A stretch of 63,950 bases of DNA, counting the filler, from Octopus bimaculoides (lineage: Eukaryota): assembly GCF_001194135.2 (NCBI RefSeq). It is 5 parts of 5 records of this genome, joined end to end, with 100 filler letters (N's around TTAATTAATTAA, not from the genome) between each part and the next. Parts side by side here need not be neighbours in the genome. Positions count along the whole stretch, not along the records: positions 1 to 23,382 come from NC_068998.1; positions 23,483 to 40,153 come from NC_068984.1; 3 more parts are not named here. The stretch is one strand, 5' to 3'. Under the pieces are notes generated by a model. The model saw only the letters and a program-made list of their open reading frames with translations, was not told the origin of the DNA and ran no database searches. How positions within the stretch are numbered: the stretch's first letter is position 1; the number at the start of each line of letters is the position of its first letter. Shown piece by piece: positions 11,700-24,058 of this stretch. The translations under genes were made by a program, and so were the position numbers.

Positions 11700-12835
11700 T
11701 TACACCGTAGTTGTAGACATAAAACAACACAATATAGTCATATGAAATTCATATCATCTACCGGATACACCGAACGCAGAGGCAAATTTGAAGTTTGCCT
11801 CAGATGAATAAAAGAAATCATGAAATTGGAACATCACGTGAGCGTGTTTCTAAAGGATGATTTCAACTTCACCAATCTCAAATGGCATCATGCTCTCAGG
11901 AATGACTCATTGCAAACAATTACAGGTGGAGTCCCTGCTCAACCTCACCAATGCGCTATTCATGTAGCAAGTTGTGCTCAGACCAACTAGGGCAAATAAA
12001 ATATTTGATCTCCATTTCACAAACAATATGGACATCGTTTTTAATGTGAAAGTGACGCTAACATTAGCTTCGGATTATATAATAGGGCTGTCTATGTATG
12101 GACCAAAAGTAGCCAACTGCATACAGCCTAAAGGAGGCTCCCAAAATCCCTCTAATCGAAACTTCCACAAATCACACTCGAAATCGATCCAAAAAGTGGT
12201 CGTGAGACAGGATTGGCTGAAATATCTCTCAACACCAGACATAGACACGAAACTAGAATATATTATGTCTGTTATTCAAACAATATGCCAGAAAAATGTC
12301 CTAGAGCACAAAGGACAGCACAAAAAAATAAAACAAGATTCCAAGTGAGAGGAATATCCTCATAAGACAACTGACGAAGTTTCTAAATCGTTTCAACCAA
12401 AATTCCAAAAGATCGCGCTTAAAAATAACACAGATGGAGATTTCAAAATGTCTACAACTATCCTATGTAAGGGGGAGAGCCTGGGTTATAAGATATATCA
12501 AATCACACCAACATGCCTTCTTTCCTTTTTACCAAAGAAACAGCCAAATTTCGCTGAGAAATAGAAGCCCTCTTCCAAAACGATGGCTCCCTCACAGATA
12601 ACCCAACCAAAATCAGCGATGTACTGAACGACCAGTTCAGAAATATCTTGGAATACAGACGAGTGAACGAACCCGTGGATTTATTTACTGCAGCACCTAT
12701 ATCAATCGAGGCAGTTACGAGGGATTACATCGACATTAGTGAAGTAGAAATAATACTAGCCATAGATGCGGATGAGGCAAACTCAGCTTTCGGCCCTGAT
12801 GGATTCCCAGCAATCCTCCTCAAATCGTGTAACCA
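11700..12835 (+). mobile_element. CR1/L2-group LINE ORF2 fragment (APE endonuclease and linker), decayed
   Basis: Frameshifted peptides LKDDFNFTNLKW (GDFN motif), PTRANKIFDLHFTNN, SDY (SDH motif), DNPTKISDVLNDQF and NSAFGPDGFPAILLKSC. Truncated before the RT core. Confidence 0.8.
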
Positions 12836-12869
12836 CTACAGATTCTCTTCCAGAGTTTTATTTCAAGTA

Positions 12870-12997
12870 ACAATTTTTTTGTTCTGTAATTTAGCAGATG
12901 TAATAACTTAGTGAACTTATCCAAGTATAATAACTTGTCCTGTATTTTCCCAGGTTTATAATATTAAGAATATTATTTCTCTTGCTCGTATTTTCCC
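12870..12997 (-). repeat. Third copy of the terminal motif seen at 1810-1950 and 4010-4118
   Basis: Reverse complement GGGAAAATACGAGCAAGAGAAATAATATTCTTAATATTATAAACCTGGGAAAATACAGGACAAGTTATTATACTTGG aligns with both other copies. Confidence 0.85.
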
Positions 12998-14499
12998 ATC
13001 ACATCCATGTTTTTCCCTGGCTATGCTATTACGCTAATTAATGTTGTGTTAACTGTGGCAATCAGCGGTGTTGTTGATATTTGTTCCTTACGTCAATGAT
13101 TACGGTGACATATATTAAAAGACTCCGTGAAGAGCTATATTCATAAAAACTGTATAGAACTATATTATCAAGTTAAAATTTGAGAAACAAACGCTCATAA
13201 AATTTTTCCTTAAAAAAATTCATTGCATGAGATTGATAACATGAAATCCCTCGAATTGAGCGTTATCATTTAAGCTTAATTAAAATATAGTTTCTTCGTA
13301 AAATAAAATAGTTAATTATACCTAAATCCAATTTTTTGCCTTATATTTTTTCATCATATTCTACCTCACAATTTTTTATACAAAGTTTTGTTGCATGAGA
13401 CCAAAACTATGAAATCTCTCATAGTTTCTTCTATCATTGAAGCTAAGATATATATATTTTGCTTTTAAAATAAAAATAAAAAAGTTATTTAGATCTAAAC
13501 TGTAGGCGTTAGTTACTCCCCTATGAAGTTGCTGCATATTTTGATGTAAACTTTTTTCTTGCTGGACCAAATCTCAGTTTTAATGCCAAATGTAACTAGG
13601 GACCAGTCCTCTTCAAAAAGGTTAACAGATTTCAATTTGATTAAGAGCTGAATTAGAAAAAGCTTTCAAAGATGCTGTGTAAACTGCGGTCTTAAGTGTA
13701 TTATTGTATTACTACCGTAGTTGAATGATAAATATATATGTATATTGTATATATNNNNNNNNNNNNNNNNNNNNNNNNNNNNNNNNNNNNNNNNNNNNNN
13801 NNNNNNNNNNNNNNNNNNNNNNNNNNNNNNNNNNNNNNNNNNNNNNNNNNNNNNNNNNNNNNNNNNNNNNNNNNNNNNNNNNNNNNNNNNNNNNNNNNNN
13901 NNNNNNNNNNNNNNNNNNNNNNNNNNNNNNNNNNNNNNNNNNNNNNNNNNNNNNNNNNNNNNNNNNNNNNNNNNNNNNNNNNNNNNNNNNNNNNNNNNNN
14001 NNNNNNNNNNNNNNNNNNNNNNNNNNNNNNNNNNNNNNNNNNNNNNNNNNNNNNNNNNNNNNNNNNNNNNNNNNNNNNNNNNNNNNNNNNNNNNNNNNNN
14101 NNNNNNNNNNNNNNNNNNNNNNNNNNNNNNNNNNNNNNNNNNNNNNNNNNNNNNNNNNNNNNTTACTTATTGCTGGTTGATATATATATATATTTATTTA
14201 TTATAATTATTGTTCTATTTACGACCTGAAGATTAGCTGTATTTTTGAATAGAATTTATTTTCGATAATTTTAATTGATTTTAATCGATTTAAATTTCCT
14301 TTCTATTTGAAAATTACTTATGAAACACGTGTAGTCATTTTACTATCTTTATCTTATGATATTTACTTTGTTTTATATTATACTCATTTATTGTGCTTTT
14401 AATTATTAATTATTCTATATGTGATAGTGGGTTTTCATCGATGAGTTCTTGAAACTTGGTTCTTTTCCCTAAAACTATATATATATATATATATATACC

Positions 14500-16618
14500 C
14501 TCATTCTTATTTTACTGCCTTTGCACAGCTTCTAGCGCTGGAGATGTACTACTAGACTGTTAGCTGTTCATGACCAGTGAACTAAAGTAACACCCCTTTT
14601 TCCGAGCACCATTCAGAGTTTTCTGCAAGACCACAAATATTGCATATCCTATTTGCTTCATGTATTTCTTAAGAATTTTACGCACTCTTCCCAGAGCTCC
14701 GACAATTGATGGTACTACTACCACCTTCTTCCAGTGACCACCACTGCTTAACCTCCCAAACTAACCTGTTATATCTATCGTCCTTTCTTACTCCTTCATC
14801 GCATACATTGTTGTTAGCTGGGTATGCTATATCTACGATCCAGCATAGTTTGCATTCTTTCTCAATTAACATTATTTCTCGTTTCCTATTCTCATGGTCA
14901 CACTGAATCATAAATCTCATAGGATTTTTGGATTATTATTTTCGATGATGCCTTCGGGTTTATATTCTTACCACGTTTTCGCTCTGTCAAGTTCATACAT
15001 GTTGCAAAGTGTCTAATGGACAATCCTTGCTATATTGTCCTCAAATCCCTTATATTCTTTCTGGTCTAGTGGCGTACTTTCACTGATAATATGCCATACT
15101 GTTTCACCGTTATGTCCACAAACTCTGCACTTATCACTTTCTGATGTGTTGTCTATTCTGTATTTGTTGTGATTGGTTGTTAAATCTTCCCTTTGGGCCG
15201 CACAGATTACAGCATACGTTTCCGATTTTAAATCACTTTTGATCATCCACAGCCATCTTTCTTTCTCTCTCTGTCTTATCGTCAATATCCCTATGAAATT
15301 GTGCATGCATTCTTTTCTTTATCCACCTATTATCAGTTTCATTCATTCTCAGGTGCTTGTACAGTGCTTTATCCTTGTAGTTTTCCATCCTATACAAGCC
15401 GGCGCTTTTTATTTCCAATTATAGTGATTATGTGGCATTTTTTTTACATACCATGTTATGTTCTTTTCTCTGCTCTAATGCTGTATTCGCATCAAGTCAT
15501 TCCCCGAGGTTATCGTTAGCCCGTCCATACATTTGATTTTTGCCTCTCTTCAAGACTAACACACCGCACCTTTTCAGTATAATTCCATTCTGATATCAAT
15601 ACTGAAGGTGCACACCGTATCAACGAGCGAACTGGCTTGGGATTCATTTTTACAATAAAGTGTGGGGTCATCCATAAATAACAAGTGGTTGAATTTTTGT
15701 TGGGGACTCTTGAATAGAAACCCATCCATTGCTTTCCTCAGAATAAGTGTTAGTGGTATCATGCAAAATATAAAATCAGTGGGGATGGCGTGCCCCCTTT
15801 TATGATGCCTCTCCAGATTTCTGATTTCTATTGACTCTAAACTTCCTCCATATGCTATCAGTTCCGTCCGCCACTTCGCCATACTTTGTCCAAGTAATTG
15901 CTCAACATTTGATTCAATACCAAATAGGTTCATACATTCCACAATCCAAGTATGTGGGAGCATATCGTACACCTTATGATAATCAATCCAAAACATGGCT
16001 TAGTTTTTCTCCTCGTGCAGTCTCGAATTACGTCTTTCTCTACTAGGAGCTGATACTCGGTACCTCTGCACTTACGTTTCCAACCCTTCTGCTCATGTGG
16101 CAGGACTCCATTGTTCTCCAGATGCCCGTAAATTCACTCTGCGACTATTCCACTCAATAATTTCTACATAAGTGGTAAGCAGGAATCGGTCTACCGCATT
16201 GCCTATTTCGATGTTTTTCAAGCACAACATTGTCCTACCCCTTGTCAACCACTTGGTCGGTATTTAACTAAGTTGTGCAGCTATTCGTGCATGACATTCA
16301 CGAAATCTTTTGGACCAGTCGCCTTGAACTCAATCTGGTCGTGGAGCATTCCAGTTGCCCATTTTAATCTGATTTCCTTCAGTTCCCTAACTGAAATGAC
16401 TAATACATGTGCCTGTTTTGGACAGACCAGTGTTTATTTGAGTTCTTGCAACCACTCAGCAGTTTTCTTAGCTGCAGATGTCACTCCAAAACCTTTGACT
16501 TTTAATGTAATCTTGTATCATATTTACATCTGTACACTCTCCATTTATTTCTTTGTATTTCTATTTGTTTCTTCTGATCTACTCTGAATAACCTATTCTG
16601 CTGATATCCCTTGCTTTC

Positions 16619-16620
<2 letters not shown>
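14500..16620 (-). mobile_element. R4/Dong-like LINE (second, older family): RT, CCHC knuckle and REL endonuclease remnant, 5'-truncated
   Basis: Minus-strand peptides QNRLFRVDQKK, FWIDYHKVYDMLPHTWIVECM, FNHLLFMDD, DKCRVCGHNGETVWHIISE, LCWIVDIAYP and IVGALG. Many frameshifts and stops. Confidence 0.9.

Positions 16621-16675
<55 letters not shown>
16620..16675. repeat. (TTA)n microsatellite at the LINE 5' junction
   Basis: Read directly. Confidence 0.95.
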
Positions 16676-16676
<1 letters not shown>

Positions 16677-16829
16677 GGAAGTATTTAACTATGAGAGTAT
16701 TACATCTTATATCAGGAACACCAGTAAGATAATGGATTCCATGGCATAATTCCTTTATCTTTCGTCATTTTATTTTTTTACATACATACACAGACACACA
16801 CATACACACACACGTACACACACAGACAA

Positions 16830-16871
<42 letters not shown>

Positions 16872-17129
16872 TTATATATACACATACATACATACATACA
16901 CACACACATATATATATATGTATATNNNNNNNNNNNNNNNNNNNNNNNNNNNNNNNNNNNNNNNNNNNNNNNNNNNNNNNNNNNNNNNNNNNNNNNNNNN
17001 NNNNNNNNNNNNNNNNNNNNNNNNNNNNNNNNNNNNNNNNNNNNNNNNNNNNNNNNNNNNNNNNNNNNNNNNNNNNNNNNNNNNNNNNNNNNNNNNNNNN
17101 NNNNNNNNNNNNNNNNATATATATATATA

Positions 17130-17243
<114 letters not shown>

Positions 17244-18036
17244 TTACTTACATACATGCATACTTACATATGTACAATTATAAACAATGGAGAAGTGGCA
17301 CGAGATGAATGCTTTCATACATTTACTTTATTAGATGCTTTTGTTTATGCTTGCAAGTAATATAAGATATTTTTCAACCCTGTACTTTCATCGATTAACT
17401 ATGCCACCTATAACCTTTTATTTTGTCGATATGTTTACGTTAATTATTTTTTATTTTATTGACTTACACATATAGTTACATATTGATGCTTAGACAAATT
17501 ATATTGTTTGTGTATATGAACATATTTGTCCGTGTTTGTGTGAGTGTGCTTTTTGTGTGTATCACAACCAATGTATATTTTTATTTTCATTTTCGAAATA
17601 TATGTTCATTTTTCCAGATAGAGATGTTTTCAAATATTGTATAAATTCATATTGTAACGAAATTTTTGTGTTGGTATAGAACCTCCTCTACTTTTCATTC
17701 TCTCTATGGTGACAACCCTATTATTTATAACACGCCCTTTCATTTCTTGCTTAGTTATACTACGTACGAATCTTCCCCAACCATAAAGATGTTTACTACT
17801 TCCATTTCATTTAACATATTTTACATTACTTTTAATTTTAAATTACAATTTTTTTTTAAATTTTCGATTATGAAATACCATGTCGCATTTCAACCTATCG
17901 GTACGTCTTAATTTTCAGTTAGTCTATCTATTAATCTATCTCATTATATTTTATCCACAGGCAAACATTTCCTGAGAAAGCTCATAATAGTCCGTCTTCT
18001 GTATTATCTCTCAATATGCGCATCATTCAATCTATT

Positions 18037-18075
<39 letters not shown>

Positions 18076-18169
18076 TTCTGTTATTCATCAATTTTCCCCC
18101 ATCATTAATTCCTGGGGGTCTAGTGGGTGTAGTGCCCTCGGGTACTCCCTTCATGTTTTCAAGCAGGAC

Positions 18170-18600
18170 AAGAATAATTTCACTTGATGCTGGATTACGA
18201 AACGTGAGCATGTGAGACGTTAGATATTATCCAGCCACCTCACTCTTGGTTTGCCCATTGGTCTCCTACCAGTTAGTTCGACTTGAAGAATCCGTCTTAA
18301 GATTCTTTCATGCCACATTCTATTCATATATCTGCCATATCAGACCTGTGATCTCACGGCCTGAAGAGACTCCCACATCTCCGAGCTGCTTGAAATGTCG
18401 GTTAACGGTAATCTCGAGGATCTCCTGATGCATGCCTTTGAATATTTTGTGTTCTTGAGAGCACCAAAGTTACAGATTCGCAACATTAATTCTCATCCTT
18501 CTAATGAGCAAAATAGCATGATGCTATCTATAAATATCAGCAGACCGATTCTACACCCGTTGATTTCGATACCACTTTCATAACGGATGCTCACGTCCGA
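18170..18600 (-). mobile_element. RTE-clade LINE C-terminal fragment
   Basis: Minus strand reads MWHERILRRILQVELTGRRPMGKPRVRWLDNI, the typical RTE C-terminal GRRP.G.PR.RW.D motif. Confidence 0.75.
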
Positions 18601-19120
18601 CCAGTTTATTAAAATTGTAAAAAATAAGAGATGACAATAGTTGAACCTGCAGAAGTCCAATATCTACGTTCACATTTTTGAGATAGCGCAAGTATCCAAT
18701 CACCAACAACTTGGTATTTTTATAGTGATTTCAAGTGAAATAGAACTTTACTAATTAATGCACATGTGCATATTCTAATATCTAACGGTGTAGATACATG
18801 ATCTATGACATCATATAGCTTCATAAATAAATAAAAATAACAGCGTACATATACACATCACGATCAATCCGAGTATTTCAATGCATAGCATATAGCGATA
18901 TATATAAGTGTTTAAAGTAGAACATGTTAACCTATATGGTATTCTATACATTTAGTAGTAATGTAGTTAGGAATAAAATGCTCAAATAAAACTGCTTAGA
19001 TATTATTGAATGGCTGCTCGCCATTGAATTTAAATCATATCTTTTTGAACTAATTACAGTATATCTTTGGTTAGGCTAGGCGACCAAAAGTCAATTTATA
19101 ATCTGTTGAATAACGCGTGT

Positions 19121-19500
19121 GGAGGCGCAATGGCCCAATGGTTAGGGCAGCGGACTCGCTGTCAGAGGATCGCGGTTTCGATTCCCAGACCGGGCGTTGT
19201 GAGTGTTTATTGAGCGAAAACCCCTAAAGCTCCACGATGATCTGGCTGGGGGTGGTGGTGAACCCTGCTGTACTCTTTCACCACAACTTTCGCTCTTACT
19301 TCCTGTTTCTCTTATGCCTGTAATTCAAAGGTTTAGCCTTGTCACACTGTGTCACGCTGAATATCCCCAGGAACTACGTTAAAGGTACACGTGTCTGTGG
19401 AGTGCTCAGCCACTTGCACGTTGATTTCACAAGCAGGCTGTTCCGTTGATCGGATCAACTGGAACCCTCGATTTCGTAAGCGACGGAGTGCCAACAACAG
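19121..19500 (+). mobile_element. tRNA-derived SINE, family A, near full length
   Basis: A-box-like TGGCCCAATGG and B-box-like GTTTCGATTCC; the body matches a second copy at 33298. Confidence 0.9.
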
Positions 19501-20639
19501 CCAATAATGCGTATATAATGCCAAATTTATTTTGTTGCATTTTACGGCAATTAGCTAGACTAGCAGAGAAAAAGGCTTACTTTTAATCTAAATATTGTGA
19601 ACATTTTAAAAATCGGTGTTGATTGCCTTAAATTAATTTTCATTTATTTTTGTTATCCTATTACGTAGGAAAAGAAGTAAAGATAGGTATGACTGCAACA
19701 AAAGAAATACAAATATAGGTAGTAATGTAAAAGATAAAAGCGTACACGTACGTGTACAAGCCAGGCATTTGTACGTATGTTTGAATTGGTTGCAGGAATG
19801 AACATACACGTATTTCTGTATCTCTGTGTATCGAAATCTTTTCTCCTGAAGGTAATGAATTTTCTGGAGAAATTCACTATTAGAACAATATCGGTGTCAG
19901 AAACAGCATGAACTCTACTAAGTCGATCTTGGTTCAAGATGATTACTTCTGGGTGAAGAAAGGTGATCCACTGTCCAACCTCTCAATTGTGATCTACGAT
20001 GGGTTGAGAACACCGATCTCGTCGGGTTATTTATTTTGGATACCCGCAGGAAAAGCATCCACCGGCCCTTCAGCATCTGCTGCATCACAAAGCACTACAT
20101 AGGCTGGACAACCATTGAATTCAAGCAAAGTACATACAACATATTTACTTGCTTGGATGCCGCGAAGAAGATTGCTCAAATTCTTTGTCTCGTTTCATGT
20201 AGAGACTGCTCGTTTCAACAAGAGACACTCATGCGCGCGCGAACAAGCACAAACATATTTGTGTGTGGGCGGGAGGGGGTGGTCAAATTTTCTGCACTGA
20301 TTAGTAGACCCATTGAGTAAATCTGCCAGTAACGTACCTGAAATTACTATTGGAAACAGCTGTAAAAGCCAAATGTACTCTGATAAAGAAAAAAATATGT
20401 AATGACCATTAATTGTAACGTGTAATATATCATTCTATGTAAAATAATTTTGAGAGAAGCTCAATCACGAATTATAATATTGAATTTTGATGGACCCTAA
20501 CCTTGGGACCTGCCATAAGAATACTTGGAGTTCGTCACTAATCTAAACAATATTGTTAGCCTGGTGTAGCAACAGAGAGCTTATGTACGTTATTTGCATT
20601 ATTTACATTTGACGGATATTTGTCATCTTGTTTGTTGTT

Positions 20640-20685
20640 AACACGGCGTATCGGCTGATATACCCTCCAGCCTTCATCAGGTGTC
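20640..20685 (-). ncRNA. Decayed minimal type I hammerhead ribozyme motif
   Basis: Minus strand: GACAC CTGATGA A GGCTG GAGGGTATAT CAGCC GATA C GCC GTGTT. Stems I and II are intact; GAAA is mutated to GATA and the cleavage triplet to GCC. Confidence 0.6.
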
Positions 20686-20844
20686 TTGGGGGAAATTTCG
20701 AACCTAGGTTCTCATTCCTAGTATATTTTTCGATGTTGTTATTCTTATACTTATTATTATTCATGTCACTGACTGGAATCGAATTATAGTAAGAATAATA
20801 ATAACAACATCGAAAAATACATTAGGAATGAGAAATTTCCCTAA

Positions 20845-20895
20845 GGCAACTGATGAAGGCTGGGGGGGGGGGTATATCAGCCGAAGCGTTGTGTT
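20845..20895 (+). ncRNA. Decayed minimal type I hammerhead ribozyme motif
   Basis: GGCAA CTGATGA A GGCTG (G-run)TATAT CAGCC GAAG C GTT GTGTT. GAAA is mutated to GAAG and stem I is weakened. Confidence 0.6.
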
Positions 20896-22669
20896 AACAA
20901 CACACAAATGAGGACAAATATCCGTGAATTATAAATAATGTAAATAATGTATATATTTCTTTATCAATATTTTTTTTAACGTTTCGTATTCCTCCATATC
21001 GACTAAAATTAGAACACTTTATCTCTCCCGCACATAGGCAATATTTTATATAGTCTAGTTCCTTTCGATCTCGATACCGCTTTCTTTCCTTGCCTGCATC
21101 AACGTATTTTCTTTTACATCCCAACTAGATTTATTAGGAAGTATGTGACTTGCATAATTTTGACAATATATTCCTTGTAATTGTGAGCAACGTAAGGTTT
21201 TTTCTTGTACCGTAATAAAGTATAATACAGCGATCAATACCATAAGCTTGACACCAGTTTGGCAAGCTGCCGGAGGGCTTATAAATCAGTGAGGCATTGT
21301 GTGTGATGCGCAGAGGAAATGGAAAAGAGTTAATGATGCATGATTATCCAGTAAAATATATTTATGCTTTAATTTGATGCATTCCATTGCTGGAATCATA
21401 TGTTGTTTATTGTTAATATCCAAATTGCTCAGCAAGCTATTTATATTTGCTTGAATTTCTGTTGTAGCATATGTTCGCGTATAATTAATAATTTATGATT
21501 TTGTGAACTTTATTGAAGGGTGGTTTCTTCGATAAACTTTATAGAAGACGGAAGGCAGGATTTTCTGCAAAACAAAATCCCAAGTGTTTGTGATTCCCAG
21601 TGCTTGGTGTGCATAGTTTCTGAAGTCCATATCTCAAGTGGAGATACATTTTCATTCCGATTGGGAAAATTAGACTTAAATGCACCACACACCATGAAAA
21701 TCGGACTAAATATAGCTTTCATTATTTCTAAGATAACAACACAGTGAGCGCACAGAAACATCAGCACGCCCCAAAAATTGCTAAGCGACATTTCGACCGC
21801 CTTTACCTTCCGACTTCAAATACTTACGATGTCGACTTCGCATATTCTCATTCAGACAGTGACGACATAAATAACAGTTGAGCACTGGGATCAATACAAT
21901 CGAATAACCCTCTCCCCGCCTAATTCAGTTCTTAATACTACACTAGAAAAGATTATTTGTATGAAAATACCACATCATTTATCACTGATTATTTTTCACC
22001 TTTCCGGAGACAAGTACTCTCTTAACTGATACTAGACATATTCAAGTGTACCTTTGTTATTAACTTCATAGTTAGGCTCTTAGCTCTTATTTCTGTATGC
22101 TTAAACCTCAGTTCAATTATAAGATGAGACGAAAGTTGCTGATTATTCAAGTTTTGTTCTTAATAGGATACCGCACAAATGTTTTCTTCGTGCGGGGGAT
22201 GACAATCGAAAACATTTTTCTTCATAAGAGGGATGATAAAATAAAAAAGGGGGGATATTTTGATATTTGAATGACTATAAAACCAAAATAAATTTCCTTC
22301 CAATTCCAACTTCATTTGCCATAATTATACCTACATACTTTTTTCTTGTATTTCTGCTCAGTTAATTAAGAATATTATCGCTCATCAACTGCAACACTTC
22401 CGATATTTCACTCAATTAGTGCAGAACACTGTTAACAACGAAATATTATTGTTATGGATAGAAAACCCAAATGGTCTCAATATAAAAACAAAGAATTTAG
22501 TTTCCTAAAATTTATGTAGTAAAAAGAGAACATCGTATAAATTGATAAGGATTAAGCTATATAAGATTCCATCGTGGATCATCTGTGCAGATGTTGACGA
22601 TCCTCGGCAGATGTGATGTACCTGGTGAAGAATTTAGTTATTGCAGAGTTTTAATTTAGTCTTTACTCC

Positions 22670-22832
22670 TAGGCAGTAAGTTGGGAGAATCATTAGCAGG
22701 CCGGACTAAATACTTACCGCCATTTTGTCCGTCCTCATGCCCTGATTAGATTTTTTTTTCCTTTCGGGGTCGATGTTAATTGATTTACCTCCTTGCTCAA
22801 ACTTCCAGGCCCCGTATCAAAAATTTAGAACC
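22670..22832 (+). mobile_element. SINE family C, decayed
   Basis: Aligns with the 52662 copy (TGGGAGAATCATTAGCA.GCCGG...CCTTTCGGGGTCGAT...AGAACC). Confidence 0.7.
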
Positions 22833-23301
22833 GGCTTAGTCTTTACACCCAGAATCTCAACACTAGCAGATAACAAGAGACCGAAAATATTTCTGGACAA
22901 ATTATTTACATTTTAAGCTGTAGGTATTTTAAGCAAATTGACAGAAACTGAAGGAAGGTGAAATACATTCCATTTTCACTCGATTCTCGAAAAGATTATA
23001 TGGCGGATGATGGGAAAATGATACCGATTTTGGTGTAAGATTCGTATACTTGAATATAAAACGTAAATAGAGATATTACTGGCGAAGCAATAAGAGACCT
23101 TGTTTGATATTTCGGTTGCAAAATGTTCCTAATGATGAACGCAATATTACAAAGAAATGATTTGTAGAGAGGCAACAAGACCAAAGATGATAAACATTTG
23201 TTTAAATCAACCAATGAAAGCCACGCAGTTGATGTTGGGTTTTAGACCAAAAGTTTAAGGTATTTTCTGAAGATCACTTCTCTCATTATTGTATCACACA
23301 C

Positions 23302-23382
<81 letters not shown>

Positions 23383-23482
23383 NNNNNNNNNNNNNNNNNN
23401 NNNNNNNNNNNNNNNNNNNNNNNNNNTTAATTAATTAANNNNNNNNNNNNNNNNNNNNNNNNNNNNNNNNNNNNNNNNNNNN
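23383..23482. other. Artificial assembly spacer (44 N, TTAATTAATTAA, 44 N); identical spacers at 40154-40253, 60441-60540 and 62794-62893
   Basis: Exactly 100 bp each time; the 12-mer is palindromic and gives a stop codon in all six frames. Confidence 0.95.
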
Positions 23483-23516
<34 letters not shown>

Positions 23517-24025
23517 TGTATACATTTATGTAATGTAATCTGAAGTTAGATTAATTTTGTGGAAAATTATAATCGTTTTAATAATTCGTTATCTTAGTCA
23601 TTTAGATTTGATCATTGTAGTTAAATTTATATTGTTTTGACTGGCTTGACATCATAATCTGTATTTGTATATTTGAAGCGCAATCTGACAGAATTCTGGA
23701 TTGTTGGATAAGAAGAGGGTAAGTTCAATAAAACTCCCTAAACTGGAAACCTTTAAATAAGCAGTATTCTAGCTATAATTAGAATCTTGTGAAGGATGAT
23801 AAGGCAATATCAACGTTTGGTATAATACGAACGAAAGCAACATAAACCAAGAAACCATTAATCCTTTGACATAAAGGACAACTTGGAACAACGGGTCTTA
23901 AGACATAAGAAATTCTCAGACAACAAGCATATTAAACATACGCTCTCATCATCATACGCGTAACAGATATTATGAAGGTTTTCACACTCGAGAATCACAC
24001 GTGCACGCACATAGATGCATGCATG

Positions 24026-24058
<33 letters not shown>

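Larger units (their letters stand above)
20597..20950. mobile_element. Penelope-type terminal repeat arranged as a ~350 bp palindrome with a decayed hammerhead motif in each arm
   Basis: Arms ~20597-20760 and ~20790-20950 are reverse complements apart from small indels. Each contains CTGATGA-A-GGCTG-loop-CAGCC-GA(T/A)(A/G)-C. Confidence 0.8.

Noticed and set aside
13376-13700. Possible hAT dimerisation-domain remnant (GVTNAYS...)
   Set aside because: Similarity is too weak to support by eye.
19121-19200. tRNA-like A and B boxes (also 33298, 52662, 61297)
   Set aside because: They continue into multi-copy SINE bodies and lack a full cloverleaf; they are SINE heads, not tRNA genes.
19908-20200. 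KKGDPLS resembling the RT QGDPLS motif
   Set aside because: A single degenerate motif without neighbouring RT motifs in frame.
23427-23438. TTAATTAATTAA palindrome recurring four times (also 40198, 60485, 62838)
   Set aside because: Always centred in exactly 44 N + 44 N; it is an artificial six-frame-stop scaffolding spacer, not biology.
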